Source: a virus. From it: a DNA stretch of 64,000 nt. Positions 21,569-30,784 of the stretch are shown one piece after another (position 1 is the first letter of the stretch; every line of letters starts with the position of its first letter). The stretch is from positions 32,001 to 96,000 of IMG/VR virus record IMGVR_UViG_3300048930_000192. The stretch is one strand, 5' to 3'. The position numbers were made by a program, and so were the translations under genes. Below the pieces are notes generated by a model. That model had not been told where the DNA came from and searched no databases. It saw only the letters and a program-made list of their open reading frames with translations.

Positions 21569-22513
21569 TTATTCTTGTGACAGTTTCTTATAGAAATCAA
21601 TCACATTATCACTATCGCCGCCATCAGCTTCGAATGGGCTATCTTCTTGTTCAGCCTTTGGCTGTGGGCGATTAGAAGTTACCTTTGGCTTTTGAGTTGA
21701 AAGGTGAGATCCACTATTAGAGCTTATTCCCATAACCTTCTCGTACTCTTGCATACCTTCTAGTACTTCTTGCAGGCGAGCCTTAAGCTCATCATATGGC
21801 CGAAGAACCTTGGTTTCATCTGTGAATTCGGCAAGCGGATACTCTGACTTCCATACCTTTTCAAGTAGAGCGTCATCACCCTTTAGAAGCGGCGAAGATG
21901 ATTCGACGAATTTAGAATCATCATAGTTGTTGTACCCACCAACTTGCTTGAGATTGATCAGGAAGTTACGGCCATTCCACATATCAAACGGATCGAATGG
22001 CTCGCGCTCTGTGAGTTCGTCCTTCTTGAAGGCTTCTGCAACCTTCTCGAAGATTTTCTTCCCGCAACGATACAAAAATGTCCGCCCTTCATTTTCGGGA
22101 TTGCCCGGATCCTTGATCACATAGATATTAAGAACATAAGTTTCGTTGCGCTTAGTAAATCTACTAACGAACTCTTGCTTAGCCTTTTCTCCAGACGACC
22201 ACAATTTCTTGTTCAATTCAGAAACAGGGCATGGCTTACCAAACGTAGTTGGGCTTACAGTATTATAGAACTTACCGGTTTGCTTATTGTCAAAGCGGTT
22301 TGTGTAGTACTTAGCCCAGCACAGATCTTCACCATCGGGCGCGGGCAAGAATCTGACAAGCGCAGATCCATTACCATCTTTACCCTTCGTTACATTCCAG
22401 AATCGTTCGTCCTTGAACGATGCCGCTCCACTGCCACCGCTTGCTTCCAAAACTTTCTTCGACATAACTTCAATGTTGTTCTTAGCCTGATTCTTTAGAT
22501 TTTTAAAACTCAT
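21569..22513 (-). CDS. gp32: Single-stranded DNA-binding protein gp32
   Basis: DERFW, GNGSALVRFLPAP, CPVSE, GKKIFEK, PFDMWNGRNF, NYDDSKF, acidic tail. Confidence 0.95.
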   Translation of the reverse strand: MSFKNLKNQAKNNIEVMSKKVLEASGGSGAASFKDERFWNVTKGKDGNGSALVRFLPAPDGEDLCWAKYYTNRFDNKQTGKFYNTVSPTTFGKPCPVSELNKKLWSSGEKAKQEFVSRFTKRNETYVLNIYVIKDPGNPENEGRTFLYRCGKKIFEKVAEAFKKDELTEREPFDPFDMWNGRNFLINLKQVGGYNNYDDSKFVESSSPLLKGDDALLEKVWKSEYPLAEFTDETKVLRPYDELKARLQEVLEGMQEYEKVMGISSNSGSHLSTQKPKVTSNRPQPKAEQEDSPFEADGGDSDNVIDFYKKLSQE

Positions 22514-22609
22514 ATAATTCCTTTTTTAACTGGTTGTTCTTTTATAAAATTTAACTGGTTGTTTACTGGGTGTTAATATATTTTGTCACATCATATTATA
22601 AATCTCCTT

Positions 22610-23251
22610 TCAACTTAATATTTCTGATGATGTTTTACGAAAATAGTCAATATCTTGTTTCGAGTGTGACATAAGGTATTTATACCGATTGTATTTAATC
22701 ATTTTAGATGACCATACTATGTTTTCACTATAAACCTTATCGAACATCGAAACAAAATTCAATAATATATCAAATATACAATAAGTCTCTGGCGTAATAT
22801 ATTCTTGCAATAGCAACTTACATATTAGTGGTACATTGCCCGGATCCTTTGCAACAAATAATTCATTGAAAGTCTTATCGTGCTTTTCTAGATAGTTTCT
22901 TATATTGCAACAATCTACATAAAATGTATGGCGTATACCTTCTGTGCGCTTGATCCATTCAGAATACATTATTTCACATTCTTCATTTACAAGATCTTTA
23001 GACCAAAGAGTGTCGTCAGCTAAGAAATTGGCTATAAAGAAATTCTTTATCTCTGATGGCTTATACTTGGCTGCCAATCGTTCAAACCAATACCTATCAT
23101 TACGCTTATTATAAGACTCTATCTTTGCATTTACCTTGCCATAGGTAGAATAGTCATAGTTAGACGACTTGAAGTGTAGCTTCAAGCCAATATATTCTTT
23201 ATAAACATCAAATCCAGAAGTTTTCACAATATTAGCACGAAAAGTATCCAT
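22610..23251 (-). CDS. gp59: Helicase loader gp59
   Basis: GFDVYKEYIGLKLHF..NYDY..YGK, KRNDRYWFERL. Confidence 0.9.
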   Translation of the reverse strand: MDTFRANIVKTSGFDVYKEYIGLKLHFKSSNYDYSTYGKVNAKIESYNKRNDRYWFERLAAKYKPSEIKNFFIANFLADDTLWSKDLVNEECEIMYSEWIKRTEGIRHTFYVDCCNIRNYLEKHDKTFNELFVAKDPGNVPLICKLLLQEYITPETYCIFDILLNFVSMFDKVYSENIVWSSKMIKYNRYKYLMSHSKQDIDYFRKTSSEILS

Positions 23252-23254
23252 ATT

Positions 23255-23509
23255 TTATTTGTTCTTCTTTTTGTTTCTCTGCTTCATCTTCAAACTTTTA
23301 ATGCCGCCGATGTTGTCTGTAACTGCTTCCATGTAGATCATTTCTGATATAGGCTTACTAATAAAGCATGTTATAGACGACGGATCGATATCATTAGAGG
23401 TACAAACTTCTAAAATCGCGTCTATATAACGGCATTTCTTTAATTTTACAATATCTTCGATATCTTTGGTAAACTCTTTCTCGTTCGAGTATTTCATGAA
23501 ATTTTTCAT
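23255..23509 (-). CDS. gp33: Late transcription coactivator gp33
   Basis: FTKDIEDIV..YIDAILEVC..IDP; synteny with gp59. Confidence 0.8.
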   Translation of the reverse strand: MKNFMKYSNEKEFTKDIEDIVKLKKCRYIDAILEVCTSNDIDPSSITCFISKPISEMIYMEAVTDNIGGIKSLKMKQRNKKKNK

Positions 23510-24186
23510 ATTTGTTTCTCTTTATGGTAATATTCTTCGCATACATCTTGTATTTTGATGAAGTCTCTATTTTTCCAATAGTTTCTAGAAGTCTCTAGAA
23601 AGTGTTTGGCGCAAGACCTTGTTTTCTCAATAAAGATATCTGATCCAGATTCCTTTACTGAAATAATAACAACTAATTGAGGTGTTGATACATTTAAAAG
23701 TTCTTCACCCATGAAGCTGTAGCAAAATGCTTGATCAAAATAATTGTTAATCCATTCTCGCTTTTTTCGTTTACGAGAGGTCTTATAGTCGATAATAGAA
23801 TTTATGCCGTTATACTTAGCTATCAAATCTACTTGACCTGCAATTCTTAGTTCGTCGCTATACAAGACTTTTTCTTGTACAATTATATCTGTTATATTAT
23901 CTTTAACATGCTTTATATTATCAAGATGGTCCAAATCTATTTCGTCTTTATGTACTATTTCTTTACCACTAATATAGTTTTCCATATTAGTATGTAATCT
24001 AGTACCATATTCGCATGATTCTTCTGAAGATTTCTTGTTGGCTGGATCTTTACGCCATTGTTCAAAGAATTCTTTATCTTTATCATTAACTACTGTAGTA
24101 ACTGATGGATACCATAATTTAGTAGTCGGCGACCTATAAAATCTGCCTAATGGAGTACTTATTCTTTCGCATGTGTAATCTGTCAT
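23506..24186 (-). CDS. PD-(D/E)XK exonuclease
   Basis: YPSVTTV, GTRLH, IAGQVDLIA, IIDYKTS. Confidence 0.85.
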   Translation of the reverse strand: MTDYTCERISTPLGRFYRSPTTKLWYPSVTTVVNDKDKEFFEQWRKDPANKKSSEESCEYGTRLHTNMENYISGKEIVHKDEIDLDHLDNIKHVKDNITDIIVQEKVLYSDELRIAGQVDLIAKYNGINSIIDYKTSRKRKKREWINNYFDQAFCYSFMGEELLNVSTPQLVVIISVKESGSDIFIEKTRSCAKHFLETSRNYWKNRDFIKIQDVCEEYYHKEKQI

Positions 24187-24443
24187 CTTAAAAACTTATC
24201 TGATATATTATGCTTAGGGTTCCGCTTTTTGACTTCTTTCATAACGTCATTGAAACCGTTGCTTGTTCTTAGATTGCCGACCGTAATCGGATCTACTACT
24301 GTCATCATAGACATCAATTTCTCAACAGTCAACTTCTTGCAACTAGGGCAAGGATCTTTGGTTGGTTTATGTCTAGATTCCACTTTTTCAAACAAGTCAA
24401 AGGTATGTTTACAACTACTGCATTTATATTGATATAATGGCAT
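24183..24443 (-). CDS. FmdB-family zinc-ribbon protein
   Basis: MPLYQYKCSSCKHTF...CPSC. Confidence 0.85.
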   Translation of the reverse strand: MPLYQYKCSSCKHTFDLFEKVESRHKPTKDPCPSCKKLTVEKLMSMMTVVDPITVGNLRTSNGFNDVMKEVKKRNPKHNISDKFLR

Positions 24444-24463
24444 AATATACTCCTATAGTATAT

Positions 24464-25399
24464 TTATGCACTCATTATAGCCAAATCTTTCATTTTGAAT
24501 TCGTAGTCTATATCAACATCTAGACCATAGGTATTAGGTCTTGCAGTCGGATAATCTGCGTGCTTTCTAGGATTTTTATGACCAATAACACTTTCAGAGT
24601 AATGAAATATAGGCTTAGTTTTCCATGTAGAATAACACAACTTGAACGCCTCTTCTTCTGTCAAGGTGCCTGGATTGCACTTATGGTGTAAATAATCAAA
24701 TGTTATTGGTATGTCGTGTTTCTTGTATGCAAAGTTATACAGGTTTTCTACATTCCAGTATCCCTTGTCTTCATTTTCTAGAACTAGTTTACCTGTCATC
24801 ATGTCCAAAAGCCCACCAATATAAGAACTTGAAAATCTAGTTTTAATTTCCTCGATGTCGCCTTTATATGTTCCCATATGAACATTTATGGGATGTCTAT
24901 CGCTTTCATAGGCGTCTTGCTTAAGAACACTAAGCAGGAGATCATTATCATGGATAATACTAATCGACTTCGAAGAAACATGATGTTTTGCAGATGATAT
25001 AATAACGTATTGATCTGGGTGGCTACTGAACCTAACAGGCGAATTCTCATAAGATTTTAAATAAAGCGTGTAGAAATTTTCAAGTTTAATATTAGATAAA
25101 CTCATTGAGGCCGGTGAGTTACTGTACAAAACATGTTGCCATACCGGGAATCCCCCTAAATTAAAATCATAAAGTGGGAATATATTACCGACTCTATAAT
25201 TCCAATTGTTTATTTCGCAATACCTAACTATTTCATCTAATACCATTGCATTGTTTTGATATATTTCGTGCAACTTAGATATAGAATTTGTATTACTAAT
25301 AAACGACTTTCGAGTCATTGTTCTAAACTTTAAGCCTCGATTCTGCAATTCTAAAGATATACAACAAAGTCCGGGTTTAAAACTCAATGGATTACTCAT
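24464..25399 (-). CDS. uvsE: UV-damage endonuclease UvsE/UvdE
   Basis: RFSSHPDQY, INVHMG, LVLENED, ITFDYLHH, HYSES, HADY, EFKMKDLA. Confidence 0.9.
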   Translation of the reverse strand: MSNPLSFKPGLCCISLELQNRGLKFRTMTRKSFISNTNSISKLHEIYQNNAMVLDEIVRYCEINNWNYRVGNIFPLYDFNLGGFPVWQHVLYSNSPASMSLSNIKLENFYTLYLKSYENSPVRFSSHPDQYVIISSAKHHVSSKSISIIHDNDLLLSVLKQDAYESDRHPINVHMGTYKGDIEEIKTRFSSSYIGGLLDMMTGKLVLENEDKGYWNVENLYNFAYKKHDIPITFDYLHHKCNPGTLTEEEAFKLCYSTWKTKPIFHYSESVIGHKNPRKHADYPTARPNTYGLDVDIDYEFKMKDLAIMSA

Positions 25400-25589
25400 T
25401 GAATGCCAGTTCTTCCTTTCTCATCCAAAAGAACTCTACGCCCCATTCTCTAGAATATGTCTTAATAAGAAATTGATCACCGTGGATATAGTCATTTTCC
25501 ACTCTTATGATCTCACCATGCTCTCTTGGCGTCTGCACGCTACGAATTGTCACGAAATTGTTGTTTGACGACGTGTTTCTGTTTTTCAT
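25392..25589 (-). CDS. Hypothetical protein
   Basis: 65-aa ORF directly behind a sigma70 promoter. Confidence 0.55.
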   Translation of the reverse strand: MKNRNTSSNNNFVTIRSVQTPREHGEIIRVENDYIHGDQFLIKTYSREWGVEFFWMRKEELAFNE

Positions 25590-25595
25590 AGACGT

Positions 25596-25666
25596 ATTGT
25601 ATCGCTAAGGTAAACAGAAGTCAAGAAACAACGATTTTTGACTGTTATCGACCGACTGTATATAAT
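25596..25666. promoter_or_regulatory. Back-to-back sigma70 promoters
   Basis: - strand TTGACT-17-TACAAT (25624-25596); + strand TTGACT-17-TATAAT (25638-25666). Confidence 0.85.
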
Positions 25667-25674
25667 ACACTCAT

Positions 25675-26808
25675 ATGAGTAGAACAGCTAATAATAGAGC
25701 AACAGAAGTTACTGTGTATGGTGACGAGCCTTCATGGGAAGGCTGCGATTCTTGGGATGCAGAAAAAGTTTCAAAAACTTTCATGCTCGCCACTCAATGG
25801 TATAATTACATGAGCGATGAGAAAGACCATAAAAAATGGTTAATGGAATATTGCAAAGCTAACTGCAAAGAATCTGCGCCAAAGATATCAAAACTAGACA
25901 ATACAAGTATTAAATATGGTGAAATGGCTGGCGATGTCGGGTTTAATCCCGGTATCTACGCCAGGATTCTAAATCTTGGCGGAAAATTACCAGAGAAGTT
26001 GGTTGCAGATCTTAAAGCCGGAATATCTTATTTGTGTAATAAGTCTGATCGCATCTCAAATAAAGCCGCAGATCAGATTTCGGCAGAATCACCCAAACAA
26101 AAACCACCCAAAGAAATATCTGTAAGAGATCGGTCTATTCAAAAGGCCTTAGATGCAAACTTAGAAATAGAGAAGTTTTCCGACTATGTGCTAACAAGCA
26201 ACAAAGCCTTTACGTCAGAAACCATAAAAGATATATTTAAAGATAGAAGCATAAAACCTTCTCAAGCCGCCAATATAGTTGAGATATGGTCAGATAAAAA
26301 GAAAATCTTCGATCCAGAAGATTACTACACCTATGAAGAACAGGCCGTAAAAAGCTATCAGTCATTTATAGACTTGACTATTAAGGTTGCATCTGAGATA
26401 TCTTCTGTTAAGAAGATCATTATACATAAGCCTAGAAAAAAGTCACCAGTAGATCAAGTTAAGAAACTGAAATATAAGAAAGAAGATACTACATTAAAGG
26501 TCACTAGTATTTTACCGTCTAAAATAATAGGAAGTACAAAACTTGTACTTTTCAATACTAAATATTCTAAGATATCATATCTAGAAGCTGGTAATGCAGT
26601 GGGATTTACAGTTAAGGGCAATATAATAATGGGGTATGACGATACAAAGTCTTATACCAAGAAAGTTAGAGATCCTAAGAAAGTAATGGGAGAAATACAA
26701 AATAAGGGAATTAGAATAGTAAAATCTGTACTTGATGGGCTAAAGACTAAAAAGATGCCCATTTCATGCAGAATGTCAGAAGAGGTTTTAATAGTCGGAG
26801 TATACTAA
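25675..26808 (+). CDS. Hypothetical protein upstream of RNase H
   Basis: 377-aa ORF; QVKKLKY, IIGSTKLVLFNTK, GFTVKG resemble a conserved T4-like unknown family. Confidence 0.7.
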   Translation: MSRTANNRATEVTVYGDEPSWEGCDSWDAEKVSKTFMLATQWYNYMSDEKDHKKWLMEYCKANCKESAPKISKLDNTSIKYGEMAGDVGFNPGIYARILNLGGKLPEKLVADLKAGISYLCNKSDRISNKAADQISAESPKQKPPKEISVRDRSIQKALDANLEIEKFSDYVLTSNKAFTSETIKDIFKDRSIKPSQAANIVEIWSDKKKIFDPEDYYTYEEQAVKSYQSFIDLTIKVASEISSVKKIIIHKPRKKSPVDQVKKLKYKKEDTTLKVTSILPSKIIGSTKLVLFNTKYSKISYLEAGNAVGFTVKGNIIMGYDDTKSYTKKVRDPKKVMGEIQNKGIRIVKSVLDGLKTKKMPISCRMSEEVLIVGVY

Positions 26809-26809
26809 T

Positions 26810-27001
26810 ATGAAACTGATTGATTTAATCGAAATTCTAACAAAGTTAGAAAAAACAGACCTTAATAGATATGCTGATATTGTAGTCATGGTAAACGACG
26901 AAGTCGTTGACTTGGCTGATGCATCAATTGGGTACATCGATGATAATATAGGTGATAAAGTATTAGTATTATATACGGAGTCAAATAATGATACTCATTG
27001 A
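26810..27001 (+). CDS. Hypothetical protein
   Basis: 63-aa ORF in operon. Confidence 0.55.
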   Translation: MKLIDLIEILTKLEKTDLNRYADIVVMVNDEVVDLADASIGYIDDNIGDKVLVLYTESNNDTH

Positions 27002-27845
27002 TGCTAACCATTTGGCCATTGTCAGTTTAATGGCTGAATGTAAAGGCATGCCAGAATATAACGAGAATTTAATCAGACATATATTTCTGAATCAAATTAG
27101 AAATATAAAGAAAAAGTACAGTTCAGAATATGGTGAACTAGTATTGTGTTATGATACCAGAAAGCCGTCATGGCGCAAGAAGGTTTATCAATATTATAAG
27201 GCATGTAGAAAGAAAAGTCGAGAAGATTCTGATATTGACTGGAATAAATTATTTGAATTTCTTAATAAGTTTAAGAACGAAATTGATGAGAATTTCCCAT
27301 ATCGAGTTATATCGATCGACGGTGCAGAAGCAGATGATATCATTGCATGTGCGTGTAAATATAAGAGTAATGAAAATAATCTTATAGTTAGCAATGATAA
27401 GGACTTCTATCAGTTGCATGTGTATCCGAATACCAAGCAATATAGTGTATATCATAAATCTGTCATAAAATGTGAGCATCCCGATAGATATCTATTTGAG
27501 CACATTTTAAGAGGTGACAAAGGTGACGGTGTGCCAAACTATCTGAGCACAGATGATACGTTTGTATCAAACAAACGTCAAAGGTCTATTACCGAAAAGC
27601 ATATCACAGAAATGTGGCACCAAAAATGCACTAACCCCAATTGGCAATCTGGTCTTACTGACGAACTAATTACTAACTATACAAGAAACGACACACTGAT
27701 CAATTTTGTGTATATTCCAAAAGAAATAGATGATGTTGTTAAGGCAGAATTGAACAAAATAAATCCTAAAAATAGAGCTAACATACATAAATACTTTGCA
27801 GCCAATGGTATGAATTTGATGATAGAGAATGTAACTGATTTTTAA
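26988..27845 (+). CDS. rnh: T4-type RNase H / 5'-3' exonuclease
   Basis: ILIDAN, WRKKVYQYYKACR, EADDIIA, SNDKDFYQL, GDKGDGVPN. Confidence 0.93.
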   Translation: MILIDANHLAIVSLMAECKGMPEYNENLIRHIFLNQIRNIKKKYSSEYGELVLCYDTRKPSWRKKVYQYYKACRKKSREDSDIDWNKLFEFLNKFKNEIDENFPYRVISIDGAEADDIIACACKYKSNENNLIVSNDKDFYQLHVYPNTKQYSVYHKSVIKCEHPDRYLFEHILRGDKGDGVPNYLSTDDTFVSNKRQRSITEKHITEMWHQKCTNPNWQSGLTDELITNYTRNDTLINFVYIPKEIDDVVKAELNKINPKNRANIHKYFAANGMNLMIENVTDF

Positions 27846-27856
27846 ATGGAGATGGC

Positions 27857-28270
27857 ATGACGATTAAACTGATTTCGGAAATTGTGCAAGAATGCAGTGA
27901 TGCAAAGACAAAACAAGAAAAGATATCTATTCTAAGAAATAACGACTCACCTTCTTTAAGAATAGTATTAAAGTTCATGTATCGCCCAGATATTGAATAT
28001 TTCACAAATGTTGTACCACCATATACCAAAGACGACTCGCCTGTGGGGTTTAGTATGAATAATTTATATCATGAAGCAAAACGGTTATACATCTTTGAAA
28101 AAGACGCAGCCGTACATCACGACCGAAAACATACTATTTTAATGCAGATGTTAGAAGCACTACATAGTTTAGATGCAAGATTGTTAGAAAAGATTATTTC
28201 TAACAAAAAGTCTGATATAAAGTTAAACAAAACAATTGTGGAGGAAGCATTTCCAAACTTGCTTAAGTGA
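27857..28270 (+). CDS. Hypothetical protein (T4-like conserved)
   Basis: LYHEAKRLYIF, QMLEALH, VEEAFP; usual neighbour of rnh. Confidence 0.65.
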   Translation: MTIKLISEIVQECSDAKTKQEKISILRNNDSPSLRIVLKFMYRPDIEYFTNVVPPYTKDDSPVGFSMNNLYHEAKRLYIFEKDAAVHHDRKHTILMQMLEALHSLDARLLEKIISNKKSDIKLNKTIVEEAFPNLLK

Positions 28271-28273
28271 TAT

Positions 28274-28474
28274 ATGATTAATAGAACCGACTGGCACAAT
28301 TACGACAATTCTAAGCGTCTAAGTGATCCTACCAAATTCAAGCGTAAGCCATTTAAACAAATTATAAAGAATTACGTTAATACGCACGATTTATTGAATG
28401 GAGAAGACATCTATGGCGAATTTGGACCCGAAGAGAAATTCAGAAGCAGGCATGAACGATCAAACAAGTTTTAA
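28274..28474 (+). CDS. Hypothetical protein
   Basis: 66-aa ORF in operon. Confidence 0.45.
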   Translation: MINRTDWHNYDNSKRLSDPTKFKRKPFKQIIKNYVNTHDLLNGEDIYGEFGPEEKFRSRHERSNKF

Positions 28475-28721
28475 TCAAGAAATTGACAGTTTGTTTGGCG
28501 ACTATATCAAGAATCTATCACCAGAGTCGAATTCTACTATCGAGTTCGATCCAGACAACTTTGCAGATACAGAAGTAAACATGATTGGCCAGCAAGAAAT
28601 CAAATTTGAAAACGACCCATTTTATACTGACCTGAGAGATGGTACCACATATTCTAACATAAATAATCCCATTAGCCACCATGGCAGATGGGAAGATTTA
28701 GAAGATGATGCACACCGATGA
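28452..28721 (+). CDS. Hypothetical acidic protein
   Basis: ORF in operon; start uncertain. Confidence 0.45.
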   Translation: MNDQTSFNQEIDSLFGDYIKNLSPESNSTIEFDPDNFADTEVNMIGQQEIKFENDPFYTDLRDGTTYSNINNPISHHGRWEDLEDDAHR

Positions 28722-29430
28722 TTTGAATGTTTATCATGAAGATTGCCTAAAGTTTCTAGAATCAGAACCAGATAATAAGTATGACTTGATTTATGTAGAT
28801 CCACCATACAATACTGGTAAAAAACAAAAAGTTGGCGACAATTCGTATATTGACAAATACGAAGATTACCAATCGTTCATAACGCCTATACTAAAACAAA
28901 GCTGCCGGGTATTGAAAGATACCGGCAGCTTTTTCTGCCATCTAGACTGGCGAGAAGTTCATAAGACTAAGGTTATAATAGACTCGATCTATGGCGAAGA
29001 TAATTTTCAAAATGAAATTATCTGGCATAGCGAAATTGGCAATAGCCCTAAGCGAACATGGCCGCGTAAGCATACTAATATCTTATGGTATACCAAATCT
29101 AACACATATACATTCAATGAATCTAATGTGCCTATGGTAGATCGAAAGGCTCAAAAAGAAGGATATTCCGATCTTAAGCGAATGACAGACGTATGGACTT
29201 ACAATTTAAGCACTACAGATCCAGAAAGAGTTTCATATCCGAACCAAAAGCCATTGGCTATACTAGAACCGATCGTGTTGGTACACTCTAATCCAGGCGA
29301 TCAGTGTTTAGATTTCTTTGCTGGTAGCGGCAGCTTTGGTGAAGCTTGTATAAGAAACGGGCGAAAATGTAACCTGGTGGACAGAAATCCTCAAAGCATA
29401 GAAGTCATTAAGAAACGATTCAATATTTAA
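28705..29430 (+). CDS. Orphan N6-adenine/N4-cytosine DNA methyltransferase (beta class)
   Basis: YVDPPYN (motif IV) before YPNQKP and LDFFAGSGS (motif I). Confidence 0.92.
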   Translation: MMHTDDLNVYHEDCLKFLESEPDNKYDLIYVDPPYNTGKKQKVGDNSYIDKYEDYQSFITPILKQSCRVLKDTGSFFCHLDWREVHKTKVIIDSIYGEDNFQNEIIWHSEIGNSPKRTWPRKHTNILWYTKSNTYTFNESNVPMVDRKAQKEGYSDLKRMTDVWTYNLSTTDPERVSYPNQKPLAILEPIVLVHSNPGDQCLDFFAGSGSFGEACIRNGRKCNLVDRNPQSIEVIKKRFNI

Positions 29431-29435
29431 AAATA

Positions 29436-29470
29436 CAAACAGCCGTGGACCATAAATCCACGGCTGTTTG
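29436..29470. terminator. Bidirectional intrinsic terminator
   Basis: CAAACAGCCGTGGA-ccataaa-TCCACGGCTGTTTG between convergent genes. Confidence 0.85.
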
Positions 29471-29482
29471 TGTTATTGAGAT

Positions 29483-30217
29483 TTAGAGATTTTCGCGATA
29501 ACAGGCTTCGATCTTAGCAACAATACCACTTCGAACACAGTCTTCCACTTTCATTTCATGGAATCCAATTTCTTTGATGGAAGGCAATCTTTTTAGAGCG
29601 TCTACAAGACCATTACTAGAAAGCAAGTCGGTTTGATGTGTATCGCCCGTTATTACAAGCTTCGAATAATTACCCATTCGGGTGAGCAACATTCGCATTT
29701 GGGATGGCCGTATGTTCTGTGCCTCATCACACACAACAAATGATTCTTGGAATGTACATCCTCTCATATAGGCAAGTGGTATAGCACTTACGATACCGGC
29801 ATCAATGAATTCAGTAATTGAAGAATAACCAATTAGTTCACTGGCTATTTCCATTACTGGATACATAAACGGCGCGATCTTATTATTATAGCCGCCAGGC
29901 AAGAATCCAAGATGTTCGCCTGCTTCTACATATGGGCGTGTAATAATGAGGCGCTTATATTTTCCTGTAGTTAGCCCATGCAACCCGCGTGCGATAGCAA
30001 GAAATGACTTTCCTGTACCCGCACATCCGTGGATGAAACTAATTTCGTGTTTATCTATGCACTCTAATGCAAGCCGTTGACCTTCATTTTTGTGATGAAT
30101 AAGAACACCGCCGAAACTCGTCTTTTTAAGAGTACGATCGACATCTCCAGTCGTCAACTTCTTTGGTACCAGCTCGTCGCTTTTCTTTAGGCGCTTACTA
30201 CCAGACTTACTACTCAT
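29483..30217 (-). CDS. phoH: PhoH-family ATPase
   Basis: GCAGTGKS, LGFLPG, LAYMRGCTF, DEAQN, LTRMG, TGDTHQTD. Confidence 0.95.
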   Translation of the reverse strand: MSSKSGSKRLKKSDELVPKKLTTGDVDRTLKKTSFGGVLIHHKNEGQRLALECIDKHEISFIHGCAGTGKSFLAIARGLHGLTTGKYKRLIITRPYVEAGEHLGFLPGGYNNKIAPFMYPVMEIASELIGYSSITEFIDAGIVSAIPLAYMRGCTFQESFVVCDEAQNIRPSQMRMLLTRMGNYSKLVITGDTHQTDLLSSNGLVDALKRLPSIKEIGFHEMKVEDCVRSGIVAKIEACYRENL

Positions 30218-30765
30218 TTAGGCGTCTCCAACAAATCTTTGTATAGATACTTTGCGATAAAATACGAATCCGAGATATCACTTATAGGGCTTGCAATATT
30301 TTTAGAAGTATAACTTAGAAGCGTTCTAAGATCTCTTTTGGTATCCTTAAGATACGCGCTATACATCATCGATTTATCTGCATTTCCTTTAATGGCAAAC
30401 TTCTTAATTACTGTTGGTGGATATGTCTTATATGGCACTCCTTCCTTAGTTAGTAGATACTTTAAAATAGCTGTGTTTTCGGCGATGTGGAATACTCTGC
30501 CTCTGCTACCCATACTATAATCCTCGATCGCGGCATAATCTGCCCCTTTAATAAAAGACATAGCCCATAGAGCGATATTTTCGTATCTCTCTATTGGGCT
30601 AGAATATGTTTTTATTTGTGATCCACTTATATCACCATAATCATTAATATATTTCTTAACATCTGTAAGAAAGTAAGTTTTGCAGTTATCTGACGAAAAT
30701 GTATTACCTTCAAATACGGTAATAGCCGGGCAACTCAAACTGTAATCTATTCCACAGAGTTTCAA
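30214..30765 (-). CDS. RuvC-like Holliday junction resolvase
   Basis: GIDYSL, AIEDYS, IAENTAILK, KGNADK, DISDSYF. Confidence 0.8.
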   Translation of the reverse strand: MKLCGIDYSLSCPAITVFEGNTFSSDNCKTYFLTDVKKYINDYGDISGSQIKTYSSPIERYENIALWAMSFIKGADYAAIEDYSMGSRGRVFHIAENTAILKYLLTKEGVPYKTYPPTVIKKFAIKGNADKSMMYSAYLKDTKRDLRTLLSYTSKNIASPISDISDSYFIAKYLYKDLLETPK

Positions 30766-30784
30766 CTATCTATTTATGAAAAAA

